A stretch of 32,000 nucleotides of DNA from Nostoc sp. PCC 7120 = FACHB-418 (GTDB lineage: Bacteria; Cyanobacteriota; Cyanobacteriia; Cyanobacteriales; Nostocaceae), in contig NC_003272.1 of NCBI RefSeq assembly GCF_000009705.1, positions 3,330,001 through 3,362,000 of the forward strand. Direction: 5' to 3'. Shown piece by piece: positions 8,050-16,960 of the stretch. The notes beneath the pieces were generated by a model. That model saw only the letters and a program-made list of their open reading frames with translations, had not been told where the DNA came from and searched no databases. Within the stretch, counting starts at the first letter, position 1. Every line of letters begins with the position of its first letter. The position numbers were made by a program, and so were the translations under genes.

Positions 8050-8370
8050 TTAAACCTCTTCTGGTTCCAGTTGAGCTACTGTAACCGCATTGACAGCAAA
8101 AGCAAATACCAATGGCATAGGACACCGGAGTACAAAGGTTGAAACGACCGCTAAAACTGTGCTAACTACGGCTGATATAGACCATATTCTTTCATCAAAT
8201 GTTAATCCTTTTTCGGCTTTAATCCCTCTAAGGACATGATTAGGAATGGGTTCGGGCATGACGCAACCAGGAGGAAAAGCCCAATAGTGGTTTCTCCTTT
8301 CTTCAAATAATTCTGTCCAGCCGTTGTCTTCGCACCATGCTTCGATCCATTCAATAGAGTAGTGTGTCAT
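8050..8370 (-). CDS. hypothetical small membrane protein (106 aa)
   Basis: A soluble Trp/Glu-rich N-terminal half is followed by two hydrophobic helices. No family was recognised. Confidence 0.6.
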   Translation of the reverse strand: MTHYSIEWIEAWCEDNGWTELFEERRNHYWAFPPGCVMPEPIPNHVLRGIKAEKGLTFDERIWSISAVVSTVLAVVSTFVLRCPMPLVFAFAVNAVTVAQLEPEEV

Positions 8371-8959
8371 AATTGCTGTTACTTATTCGGCTTGTTGAAT
8401 TTGTTGACGTGGTAAAAATAAAGCTTGAGAGAATATATAGCTAGCTAACAGTTCATTTAGGAATTACGATTAAGAGTACTTCTAGGAGCTGATTAAGCAT
8501 CAGAAAAATGTAATAGTATTCATGCTTATTTCATTGCCTAACGCTCACCTTAATTAACAGACTAACAGTCAATTTTTCCTGGTAAACATAAAAGACAATA
8601 AACTTTACCTACAAAAAAACAAAGTAAACAAATGTAAATTCAATAGCGATCACACTCCTCCTCACTGCAAGCAATGAACTCTCGTCTATCGAAACTCATC
8701 GCCTAATTACTAATAAAAATATTTATATCGCAAAAATCGCTATCAAAAATCAAGAATTGTAAATAAAAAAATCATTGATGAGTTGAGCATTGACTCAATA
8801 TTTTATATATCGTCTTCAAGTCCTAATTTAGCTATTACCTCAGGTTATATCTGGTTAACTACCTGTCAGCATTTAGTCATAAATTTCTGGATATAGGCGG
8901 CTAACATCAGTCTTTTGTGACAAAATGTTAAGCAGTAGGTGATTCAAAACAGCTAGAAA

Positions 8960-9508
8960 ATGGGGGAAGAGCTGCAAGTGGTAATAAAAAATGCCGTAGT
9001 TGTAAACGCAATCATCAAAAAGTTTTACTGGCAAGCAATAACTTTAATTTTGGGGATAGTTGTACTTTGCTTCCCCTCGCCAGTTCTAGCCGACTGGACT
9101 CATCCTCTATCATTTAGTAATGCCGAATTATCCAGGCACAACTTTGCTGGTGAAAGTTTGCAAGCTGCTGAGTTTTCCAATGCCAATCTTGAAATGACGA
9201 ACTTTGTCGGTGCTGACTTACGTGGTGCAGTCTTAAGTGCTTCTGTGATGACACAAGCAAATCTCCAGGGAGCAGATTTAACGAATGCGATGGTTGATCA
9301 GGTAAACTTAACAGGGGCTAATTTAAGTGATGTCGTTCTTAAAGAAGCTCTTTTACTCCGTGCCATATTCGCTAACGTGAACATAGAAGGCGCAGATTTT
9401 ACTGATGCAATTTTGGATAAAGCACAAATTAAAGAACTTTGTACCAAAGCTAGCGGAGTAAATACAAAAACTGGTGTAGAAACTCGTGATTCTTTGGGAT
9501 GTCGATGA
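8960..9508 (+). CDS. pentapeptide-repeat protein with N-terminal signal/anchor (thylakoid-lumen TL15-like)
   Basis: Clear runs of A(D/N)LxG-type pentapeptides are present (ANLEMTNFVGADLRGAVLSASVMTQANLQGADLTNAMVDQVNLTGANLSD). The stop overlaps the purK ATG. Confidence 0.85.
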   Translation: MGEELQVVIKNAVVVNAIIKKFYWQAITLILGIVVLCFPSPVLADWTHPLSFSNAELSRHNFAGESLQAAEFSNANLEMTNFVGADLRGAVLSASVMTQANLQGADLTNAMVDQVNLTGANLSDVVLKEALLLRAIFANVNIEGADFTDAILDKAQIKELCTKASGVNTKTGVETRDSLGCR

Positions 9509-10647
9509 AGCGTGTAGGTGTAATTGGTGGTGGACAGCTGGCCTGGATGATGGGAGGCGCAGCGAATAAATTAGGGCTTGATTTGATAGTGCAGACTCCT
9601 AGCAGTAATGATCCTGCCGTATCTATTGCCCAGGATATTGTTTTGGCAAATATTGATGATGCTCATGCCACAGAGATTTTAGCGAAAAAGAGTGACGTTA
9701 TCACATTTGAAAACGAATTTGTCAATCTAGAGGCTTTATCGCTGTTAGCAAATCAAGGTGTTTGTTTCCGTCCCAAGTTAGACGCTTTATCACCTCTATT
9801 AGATAAATATCATCAACGTTGCTATTTAAAAAATTTAGGTTTACCTGTTCCGCAATTTTTTGCCCTGGAAAACCAAGAGAATCTGATATCCAAAATAGAT
9901 GATTTGGGTTTTCCTTTAGTGTTGAAATCTCGCCGCCACGGTTATGACGGACAAGGTACTTTTATCATCCATGATTTAGCAACCTTACAAGAGAAAATAG
10001 ACTTAAATCACAATACAAACACCACATATTTAATAGAAGAATTTATTCCCTTTGAACGGGAGCTAGCAGTAATCGCAGCTCGTTCTGTAGATGGAGAAGT
10101 TGTCATCTATCCTGTGGTAGAAACACAGCAAGAACAGCAAGTCTGTAGGCGAGTTATAGCACCCGCCCATATTACACCCGATCAAGCCGCAGCAGCAGAA
10201 GCGATCGCCTCTACACTATTAAATAGTCTAGAAGTGGTTGGTGTGTTTGGAATTGAGTTATTTCTCACCGCCGATGGTCAAGTATTAGTCAATGAAATCG
10301 CTCCCCGTACCCACAACTCTGGGCATTTTTCTCTAGATGCGTGCGAAACATCGCAATTTGAACAACACCTGAGAGCCATTTGTGGACTACCGTTAGGAAA
10401 CCCAGCATTGCAATGTGCTGGTACTGTTATGGTCAACCTACTAGGCTATGAAAACTCCCAAAGTGATTACCAAAACCAGCGCCAACAACTAGCCGCCATC
10501 CCCCAAGCTCACGTTCATTGGTACGGCAAAACAGAATCTCGCCCAGGGCGTAAACTCGGACACGTCACAGTTTTGTTAAATAATCATGACCAAACCACCG
10601 CCCAGGCGATTGCTCAAACCGTAGAATCCATCTGGTATCCCACTTAG
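9505..10647 (+). CDS. purK: N5-carboxyaminoimidazole ribonucleotide synthase
   Basis: MKRVGVIGGGQLAWMM..., ATP-grasp core motifs (NEIAPRTHNSGH) and the C-terminal RPGRKLGHVTV are present. ATG 9505 forms an ATGA overlap with the upstream stop; an alternative ATG lies at 9499. Confidence 0.95.
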   Translation: MKRVGVIGGGQLAWMMGGAANKLGLDLIVQTPSSNDPAVSIAQDIVLANIDDAHATEILAKKSDVITFENEFVNLEALSLLANQGVCFRPKLDALSPLLDKYHQRCYLKNLGLPVPQFFALENQENLISKIDDLGFPLVLKSRRHGYDGQGTFIIHDLATLQEKIDLNHNTNTTYLIEEFIPFERELAVIAARSVDGEVVIYPVVETQQEQQVCRRVIAPAHITPDQAAAAEAIASTLLNSLEVVGVFGIELFLTADGQVLVNEIAPRTHNSGHFSLDACETSQFEQHLRAICGLPLGNPALQCAGTVMVNLLGYENSQSDYQNQRQQLAAIPQAHVHWYGKTESRPGRKLGHVTVLLNNHDQTTAQAIAQTVESIWYPT

Positions 10648-10703
10648 GAAAGCAGAGAGAGAAATTTTTGCATTTTGAATTGGTAGAACCTGTTTTTGAA
10701 AGC

Positions 10704-10709
10704 TATAAT
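10704..10709 (+). promoter_or_regulatory. -10 hexamer TATAAT positioned for the putative 6S RNA
   Basis: A perfect TATAAT lies 4 nt upstream of the first base of the predicted terminal stem (10714). No convincing -35 was found at standard spacing. Confidence 0.4.
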
Positions 10710-10713
10710 GAGT

Positions 10714-10905
10714 GAGTTGCACTGCGACGTTGGTGACTGCCATCAAGTTTTTTGATCTATGTCTTTAAGAAAAAGGGAACCAAACGTCTCTCGTGGCAGT
10801 ATACCGGGCGTGTACCCGGAAACTTTAAACGAGGAAAATCGGTACCCACCTGGTTTAACCAGGTCATAAACTTAGGTAAAACGGCGTTGCGGTGAACTCA
10901 AAATA
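10714..10905 (+). ncRNA. ssrS: probable 6S RNA (ends approximate)
   Basis: The 5' segment gagttgcactgcgacgtt (10714-10731) pairs with aacggcgttgcggtgaactc (10880-10899) to give an ~18-bp closing stem with G-U pairs and one bulge. The enclosed ~150 nt contain internal hairpins (ccgggcgtgtacccgg, acctggtttaaccaggt). There is no ORF, a terminator follows, and the location downstream of purK on the same strand is the reported position of cyanobacterial 6S (ssaA/ssrS). Confidence 0.6.
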
Positions 10906-10909
10906 TTTG

Positions 10910-10943
10910 GCTCCCAAAGTTTAGTTAAAACTCTGGGAGCTTT
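10910..10943 (+). terminator. rho-independent terminator after the putative 6S RNA
   Basis: The stem pairs gctcccaaag (10910-10919) with ctctgggagc (10931-10940) at 9 of 10 positions, has an 11-nt loop, and is followed by tttaatt. Confidence 0.7.
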
Positions 10944-10977
10944 AATTATTGATTAGTAAAGTTTATAGATTATATAG

Positions 10978-11000
10978 CTGTTGACTGTTGACTGTTGACA
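10978..11000. repeat. heptamer array CTGTTGA x3
   Basis: Read directly as ctgttga ctgttga ctgttga ca. Confidence 0.85.
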
Positions 11001-11287
11001 GACTTGAAAGCCTTTTATTATCAGGATTTTATCTTAGCTTGATGTCCTAATTTATCCAGCTACGGCCATATAAGTAATTTCTCAGTCAGAATAAAGAATC
11101 TTAATTGATGGCAGAATTTCAAGTTAGTCAACACAGATGCAACAAATTCAACCAATATTAGAGCGTTAGAGGCTACTTTTTCCTGGTGATGAATATAAGA
11201 TTCTGTATAACTTGATGCGAATTTGGCGATCGTTCAGAGTTAAGATCACAAACATCAAAGTTAAATTGTGGTTAAAGATACAAAACC

Positions 11288-12559
11288 TTGTCAAAACAAC
11301 AACTTGCCAATCCTGTGTTTCCAGCCTCAGTGTTTCGATTAGACAACGGTTTGACATTTATTCATCAAGAAATTCCCACCACGCCTGTAGTTGTGGCTGA
11401 TGTCTGGGTGAGGGCTGGAGCAATTCGTGAACCAGAACCTTGGTTTGGGATGGCACACTTTCTAGAACACATGATTTTTAAAGGCACAGCCACCTTACCC
11501 CCAGGAACGTTTGATCATCAAATTGAGAACAGAGGTGGAGTAAGTAATGCCGCTACCAGCTACGATTACGCTAATTACTCTTTGACTACAGCCGCGTCTT
11601 ACTTGACAGATACTCTACCTTACTTGGCAGATTTACTACTTAATGCGGCAATTCCAGATAATGAATTTAGCCGAGAGCGGGATGTAGTACTAGAGGAAAT
11701 TCGTGCCTGCTATGATGATCCTGACTGGGTAGGATTTCAATGTCTGTCGCAGAGCATCTACCAAGACCATCCTTATGGGCGTTCAGTTCTGGGTACTGAA
11801 GAAGAACTGATGCAGCAATCACCAGAAGCGATGCGCCGTTTTCATCGCGCTCACTACCAACCGGAAAATATGACAGTAGTGATTGCTGGAGGTATTGCCC
11901 AACAAGCAGCCTGGGAACTGGTAAATCGTTCATTTGAGAATTTTTCTAAGCCTGTTGAATGTCCGCTAGTTAAACCAGTAAGCAAACCAGTAATCAAGGG
12001 TATTCATCGTCAAGAGTTGAGTTTACCACGCATAGAGCAAGCCCGATTGTTGATGGCATGGGTTGTACCAGGAGTAGAACAACTCCGCACAGCCTACGGT
12101 TTAGATTTGTTGTCAGTGGTATTAGCAGAAGGGCGGACTTCTCGCCTAGTCAGGGATTTGCGAGAAGAACTACAATTAGTCCAAGGGATATGCAGTAATT
12201 TTTCTCTGCAATGTGAATCGAGCTTATTTACAGTTACTGCTTGGTTGGAACCGGAAAACCTAGAACAAGTTGAGGATTTAATTCTGAGTCATTTAGATGA
12301 TATCCAAACCAGTGGTGTTAGCGAACAAGAAATAGCCCGTACCCGCAGACTTTTATGCAACGAGTACGCCTTCTCTACAGAAACCCCCAACCAGCTAACA
12401 GGGCTTTATGGCTACTACAACACCATCGCTCAAGCAGAATTAGCAGTCACATATCCACACCAAATTCAATCATTTGATACCCAAGAACTGCAACAATTAG
12501 CTAAACAGCATCTTTCTCTCCAGAATTACGCTGTTACCATCCTTAAACCTTATTCATAA
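11288..12559 (+). CDS. M16 (pitrilysin-family) zinc peptidase, catalytic-type subunit
   Basis: The inverted zinc motif HFLEH is present in GMAHFLEHMIFKGT, and the length is typical at 423 aa. The TTG start is taken from the ORF track. Confidence 0.9.
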   Translation: MSKQQLANPVFPASVFRLDNGLTFIHQEIPTTPVVVADVWVRAGAIREPEPWFGMAHFLEHMIFKGTATLPPGTFDHQIENRGGVSNAATSYDYANYSLTTAASYLTDTLPYLADLLLNAAIPDNEFSRERDVVLEEIRACYDDPDWVGFQCLSQSIYQDHPYGRSVLGTEEELMQQSPEAMRRFHRAHYQPENMTVVIAGGIAQQAAWELVNRSFENFSKPVECPLVKPVSKPVIKGIHRQELSLPRIEQARLLMAWVVPGVEQLRTAYGLDLLSVVLAEGRTSRLVRDLREELQLVQGICSNFSLQCESSLFTVTAWLEPENLEQVEDLILSHLDDIQTSGVSEQEIARTRRLLCNEYAFSTETPNQLTGLYGYYNTIAQAELAVTYPHQIQSFDTQELQQLAKQHLSLQNYAVTILKPYS

Positions 12560-12602
12560 TGTCAGTCGTCAGTGGCTAGTAGTCCGAGGCTGCAAAGAAG
12601 TC

Positions 12603-12643
12603 GACAACTGAACAACTGACAACTGATAATTGACAACTGACAA
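12603..12643. repeat. heptamer array ACAACTG (5 units, one degenerate) abutting the next start codon
   Basis: Read as acaactg a acaactg acaactg ataattg acaactg acaa, then ATG at 12644. The partly complementary gtcagtcgtcagtgg at 12561-12575 could pair with it. Confidence 0.85.
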
Positions 12644-13927
12644 ATGACCCAAACCGTGAAACCATCCCTCGCTCAATCTCCCATTCATCGCACTGTACTA
12701 GACAATGGCATTGTCGTGCTGGTAGCAGAAAATCCAGCCGCAGATATTATTGCTGGGCGAATTTTTATCCGTGCTGGTAGCTGCTACGAAAAGCGAGAAC
12801 AGGCGGGGTTAGCCCATTTGCTGGCTGCTGTAATGACTAAGGGATGTGAAGGACTTTCCAGTTTGGAAATAGCCGAACAAGTAGAATCTGTGGGCGCAAG
12901 TTTGAGTGCAGATACTTCTACTGATTACTTTCTCGTGTCATTGAAGACGGTAACATCGGATTTTCCCGAAATTTTAGCATTGGCGGGGCGGATATTGCGA
13001 TCGCCTACATTCCCCGAAACTCAAATTGAACTGGAACGGCGTTTAGCACTCCAAGATATTCGCTCCCAAAAAGAACAGCCTTTCACTCTTGCCTTTGAGC
13101 AAATGCGGCAGGTAATGTATCAAAATCATCCCTACGCCATGTCAGTGCTAGGAGATGAAACCACCCTGAACAGCATCACCAGAACAGATTTAGTCGAGTA
13201 TCACCAAACTTATTTCCGTCCAGATAACTTAGTCATCAGTGTTGCTGGTCGCATCACTCTACAAGAAGTAGTAGCCTTAGTAGAACAAATATTCGGTGAT
13301 TGGCAAGCACCAACCATAGCCCCAGCAGTAGTTAACTTACCAGAAATCTCAGTCAACCCCCAGCACCGCTTAAAGCCTGTACAAACCCAGCAATCTATCG
13401 TCATGTTGGGTTATTTAGGCCCATCAGTCAGTTCTCCTGATTATGCCCCCCTCAAATTACTTTCTACTTACTTAGGCAATGGTCTTTCTAGCCGCTTGTT
13501 CGTAGAATTGCGAGAAAAGCGGGGGTTAGCCTATGAAGTATCAGCATTCTACCCAACTAGGCTTTATCCAGCATCATTTGTAGTGTACATGGGTACAGCA
13601 CCAGAAAATACCAGCATCGCTTTAGAAGGATTACGGACAGAAGTAGAGCTACTCTGTAGTGAAGAAGTATCTACAACCAATTTACAAGCTGCTAAAAACA
13701 AAATATTGGGACAATATGCCTTAGGTAAACAAACTAATGGACAAATTGCTCAAATCTACGGTTGGTATGAAATTTTGGGTTTAGGAATTGACTTTGACGG
13801 AGAATTTCAAGAACTGATTGCTTCTGTAACTGCTCAAGACGCTTTAACATCGGCACAGCAGTATTTGCAGCAACCCTATGTGTCTTTAGTTGGGCAGGAA
13901 GAGGCAATTAATCGAGCAATTAATTAA
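12644..13927 (+). CDS. M16-family peptidase, non-catalytic-type partner
   Basis: The fold and length match the upstream gene, but the zinc motif is replaced (GLAHLLAAVMTKG). It lies in tandem with the HxxEH subunit. Confidence 0.88.
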   Translation: MTQTVKPSLAQSPIHRTVLDNGIVVLVAENPAADIIAGRIFIRAGSCYEKREQAGLAHLLAAVMTKGCEGLSSLEIAEQVESVGASLSADTSTDYFLVSLKTVTSDFPEILALAGRILRSPTFPETQIELERRLALQDIRSQKEQPFTLAFEQMRQVMYQNHPYAMSVLGDETTLNSITRTDLVEYHQTYFRPDNLVISVAGRITLQEVVALVEQIFGDWQAPTIAPAVVNLPEISVNPQHRLKPVQTQQSIVMLGYLGPSVSSPDYAPLKLLSTYLGNGLSSRLFVELREKRGLAYEVSAFYPTRLYPASFVVYMGTAPENTSIALEGLRTEVELLCSEEVSTTNLQAAKNKILGQYALGKQTNGQIAQIYGWYEILGLGIDFDGEFQELIASVTAQDALTSAQQYLQQPYVSLVGQEEAINRAIN

Positions 13928-13943
13928 GTAGATGCTAAAAGAG

Positions 13944-14056
13944 TAGGACTTACGCAAACAGGTTATCTGTTGAGACCGGGTGTAAGGGTTTCCAGCATTT
14001 ATACCCCTACACCCTTGTCCAAACCCTCGATCTTTCGTTTTCATGCGTAAGTCCTA
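13944..14056 (-). mobile_element. MITE-like element, copy 1 (113 bp), inverted relative to copies 2 and 3
   Basis: Perfect 13-bp terminal inverted repeats TAGGACTTACGCA / TGCGTAAGTCCTA. A 5-bp direct duplication AAGAG flanks it (13939-13943 and 14057-14061). The reverse complement aligns along its length with 22900-23024. Confidence 0.85.
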
Positions 14057-14177
14057 AAGAGGTCTGACTCCTTAGTCTTAATCCCTTCATCACTTACCAC
14101 TCATTACTCAAAAAAGACTACTCAATTACCTCACACGGCAGTAATATTAGCATCAGAAGATTCTGAGAGCAATTTCT

Positions 14178-15095
14178 ATGAAAGGCTGCTTGAGAGCAAG
14201 TATCAGTTACTTAAAACCACAAAAGGCATTTTGCTATTTCAGCACAAGCAAGTTGTATTGGCTACTTATGTTATCCTCTACAACTATGTTTGTTGACTCG
14301 TTGGCTGTAGTAGCGATCGCCACACCACAACAAATTGCCCAACAAGTTGTTATCAACCGTCCTACCCTTAAGATTGGTAGTCAAGGTGAACGTGTCTCGG
14401 AACTTCAAGCAGCGCTGAGGCTTTTGGGCTTTTACTCAGGTGCAATAGATGGAGTCTACAACGAGAATACGGCCAATGCTGTGTCTGGGTTTAAACAAGC
14501 AGCTGGCTTAACTCCAGATGGCATTGTTGATGCTGCTACCTGGCAAAGGTTGTTTCCTAGTCAAGCAATAGGTACGCCAATAGCGTCTATACCAAACTCA
14601 ACGCCCAATCCACCAGCCGTGTCAACAACTGGTTTCCCTGTTCCCACTCAACCCGTTACCACTCCTACCGTTAACCCCAGACCAACAACACCCAATCCAC
14701 CAGCTAACACCAGACCTGAACCTAGACTGGCTAATCCTAGACCTACACCTCCCAGACCAACAACGCCAACCCCAAGACAACAAACCCCTCAACGACCATC
14801 TTCCACCCCACGTTTCGGCCCTACACCATCTGCTCAACGAATTTCTGGTATACAATACACCTCCGAAGGCTGGCCGATTTTGCGTGTAGGAATGAAGAAT
14901 TCGGAAGTTACCAAGCTACAGCAAAGATTGAGTCAGCTTGGTTTTTTAAAGGGTAGTGTGGATGGATACTTTGGGGTTCAGACTGAGGAAGCACTCAAAG
15001 CTGCTCAAAGACGCTATGGTATAGAACCTGACGGCGTAGCTGGTGGCGCTACTTGGGAGGCGTTATTGCGGCGCTCATCTCCTCAACGACGATAG
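14178..15095 (+). CDS. protein with two peptidoglycan-binding (PG_binding_1-like) domains joined by a Pro/Thr-rich linker. The true start is probably the internal ATG at 14268.
   Basis: Two copies of the motif are present (GERVSELQAALRLLGFYSGAIDGVYNENTANAVSGFKQAAGLTPDGIVDAATW and NSEVTKLQQRLSQLGFLKGSVDGYFGVQTEEALKAAQRRYGIEPDGVAGGATW). The linker is PTPPRPTTPTPRQQTPQRP. Confidence 0.85.
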   Translation: MKGCLRASISYLKPQKAFCYFSTSKLYWLLMLSSTTMFVDSLAVVAIATPQQIAQQVVINRPTLKIGSQGERVSELQAALRLLGFYSGAIDGVYNENTANAVSGFKQAAGLTPDGIVDAATWQRLFPSQAIGTPIASIPNSTPNPPAVSTTGFPVPTQPVTTPTVNPRPTTPNPPANTRPEPRLANPRPTPPRPTTPTPRQQTPQRPSSTPRFGPTPSAQRISGIQYTSEGWPILRVGMKNSEVTKLQQRLSQLGFLKGSVDGYFGVQTEEALKAAQRRYGIEPDGVAGGATWEALLRRSSPQRR

Positions 15096-15208
15096 ACTGA
15101 AACAAGTTAGCAGTAGTGTGGTGTTGAGCCGAGTTTTGAGTCCTCAATGGCTATCTTAACTCAGCGTTAATTTCGTTCCTCACACCGAGGACAACGAAAA
15201 TTAGTTTT

Positions 15209-15403
15209 TAGGACTTACGTATGAAAACAAAAGATCAAGGGTTTGGAGAAGGGTATAGGGGTATGAATCAATTCAAAATACCCTACGGGAAGCTAAAGCT
15301 ACAAAATTCAAAATAAATGTTTGAAACCCTTACACCCTTACACCCATATACCCCTATACCCTTACACCCGGTCTCAATAAAAAATCTGGGTGCGTAAGTG
15401 CTA
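15209..15403 (+). mobile_element. MITE-like element, copy 2 (195 bp), expanded
   Basis: Terminal repeats are TAGGACTTACGTA / TGCGTAAGTGCTA (2 mismatches). A perfect 5-bp duplication GTTTT flanks it (15204-15208 and 15404-15408). It is colinear with copy 3 apart from extra internal sequence. Confidence 0.85.
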
Positions 15404-15456
15404 GTTTTATGTAATTCTTCTTCCAGTGATTGCTGATTTTTGCCAAACAACAACTG

Positions 15457-15810
15457 ATGAAACACTTTTTATTGACATGGCTGGCTACTGCGGTAGCTTT
15501 GCTAATTACTGCCCATATTGTCCCTGGATTCACTGTTAAGAGTTTTGTCGCGGCTCTAGTTGCCGTAATAGTGATTGGGTTAGTCAATGCCTTAGTCAGA
15601 CCAATTCTCAGTATTTTGTCATTTCCCGTTACCTTACTGACTTTTGGCTTATTCACATTTGTCATCAATGCTTTAACCCTATGGTTAGCTAGCGCCCTCA
15701 TGCCTGGTTCTGACTTCCAAATTGAAGGCTTTTTCGCTGCTTTCTTGGGATCAATTGTGCTGTCTATTGTTTCCAGCCTCATTAATTATCTTCTGCGAGC
15801 AGTTGAATAA
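15457..15810 (+). CDS. small 4-TM membrane protein of the 'phage holin family 4 / DUF360' type
   Basis: MKHFLLTWLATAVALLITAHIVPGF... and FPVTLLTFGLFTFVINALTLWLA are typical of this family. The track ORF begins at TTG 15430; ATG 15457 is more plausible. Confidence 0.75.
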   Translation: MKHFLLTWLATAVALLITAHIVPGFTVKSFVAALVAVIVIGLVNALVRPILSILSFPVTLLTFGLFTFVINALTLWLASALMPGSDFQIEGFFAAFLGSIVLSIVSSLINYLLRAVE

Positions 15811-15838
15811 AGGTAATTAATGCCAGATTGACTTTGTG

Positions 15839-15903
15839 TTCGTAGTGAGCGATTAAATGGGTCTGTGAAGTAATTCTTCACGGTGAGAGCCACTTACTAC
15901 GAA
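15839..15903. terminator. compound hairpin between convergent genes
   Basis: The outer stem pairs ttcgtagtgag (15839-15849) with cttactacgaa (15893-15903) at 10 of 11 positions. An inner stem is gtgaag..cttcac. Confidence 0.55.
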
Positions 15904-15917
15904 CTTCAGCTTGTTGA

Positions 15918-16367
15918 TCATGATGATACTTGAGCAACTGCGATCGCCACTACTCCTGGTTGTCCCGGTAAGCGAAAAATCCTTTTAGGAACCAACAACT
16001 TCACCCCCAGATTCTGCTTTTGATGAGATGAAGCAGCAAGAATAGCCGCCGCCTCGGCAACACTAGCAGTTCCCACTTTTTTGGCAATCACTCTGCTAGG
16101 GTTGGGAACGGCAACATTAGCCAGCATTTCTGCCGGGAAAGTTTTTAATGGCAATTGAAACAATCGACAAAATTCCACTAAACCCAGTTCTGAGACTTTT
16201 GTATCAATAGTGGCAATACCTACAATTATTTTTTGATCAAGTTGGTTTTCTTGAAAAATTTGGTTGATTGCTCCAGTGATTAAGTGATGAGAAATACCTG
16301 ATTGACAACCAAACCCTAGCCACAAATTTCCCTGAAGTAACGGTTGTTTAGTAATTTCGAGTTTCAC
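15918..16367 (-). CDS. cobalamin biosynthesis protein, CbiG C-terminal-domain type
   Basis: LWLGFGCQSG..., IATIDTK..E.GL and VGTASVAEAAAILAA resemble the CbiG_C / CobE domain. At 149 aa it is a stand-alone domain. Confidence 0.7.
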   Translation of the reverse strand: MKLEITKQPLLQGNLWLGFGCQSGISHHLITGAINQIFQENQLDQKIIVGIATIDTKVSELGLVEFCRLFQLPLKTFPAEMLANVAVPNPSRVIAKKVGTASVAEAAAILAASSHQKQNLGVKLLVPKRIFRLPGQPGVVAIAVAQVSS

Positions 16368-16960
16368 TACTAAAATGCTATTAGGTAGAGCTTGAGACTT
16401 TTAATTGCTCAGTACTGAAAAAGTTGATATTCTATACTATTTTGGCGTTTACTAAGATACCCATAAACTGATAGTTATAATACTGTTCTCAGAAACGAAA
16501 AACTATATATTGAGCATATCTAGCACAGTAGGAAACGCCGGGGGGAGGACGAGGTAAAAGTAGAAAGTATATTTACTTCTTAAGTTTTGCTTTTTTGATA
16601 TCTTTAAAGCAAAAATATTTTACCTGGTTTACTTCGGTGTTTCAATTTCTTCATATTTTCGACGATAGCCACGTCAAAAAGTTTCAACCTAAATTTATAT
16701 CTTTAGTTTTTCATTTCTGAGATAGTTTTTGATACCTCCTTAGCTTAGTATTTAATTAAATAACGTTATTTTTACTTCCTGTCAAGATGTATATCAAGAG
16801 TTTTGAACAATAAGTAAATTTAAGTCAGAATTCCCTAAAAAATAGTAATTTTTTGAAATAAATTTCTTAGTCCTTAGCTCCATTTCTCAGCATCCGATTT
16901 GGTTTTCAAAGGAAAAATTATCAAAGAAGCTTTGACTCCCCCAAACTGGAGAATGTTTTA

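Noticed and set aside
8371-8959. The 590-bp AT-rich spacer upstream of the pentapeptide gene might hold a small RNA or a small protein gene.
   Set aside because: It contains only very short ORFs (about 10 codons) and weak 5-6-bp hairpins, with no repeat or conserved motif that I can recognise. Transcriptome data would be needed to decide.
15283-15782. ORFs 15283..15465 (-) and 15354..15782 (-) were considered as genes.
   Set aside because: The first is read through the MITE. The second is antisense to the well-supported DUF360 membrane-protein gene and has a composition typical of a shadow ORF.
16368-16700. A cobalamin riboswitch might lie upstream of the CbiG-type gene.
   Set aside because: I looked on the minus strand for a B12-box-like element (AGYCMGGNGNCCKGC-like, or its complement on the plus strand) and found none. 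Only an Infernal scan could exclude it fully.
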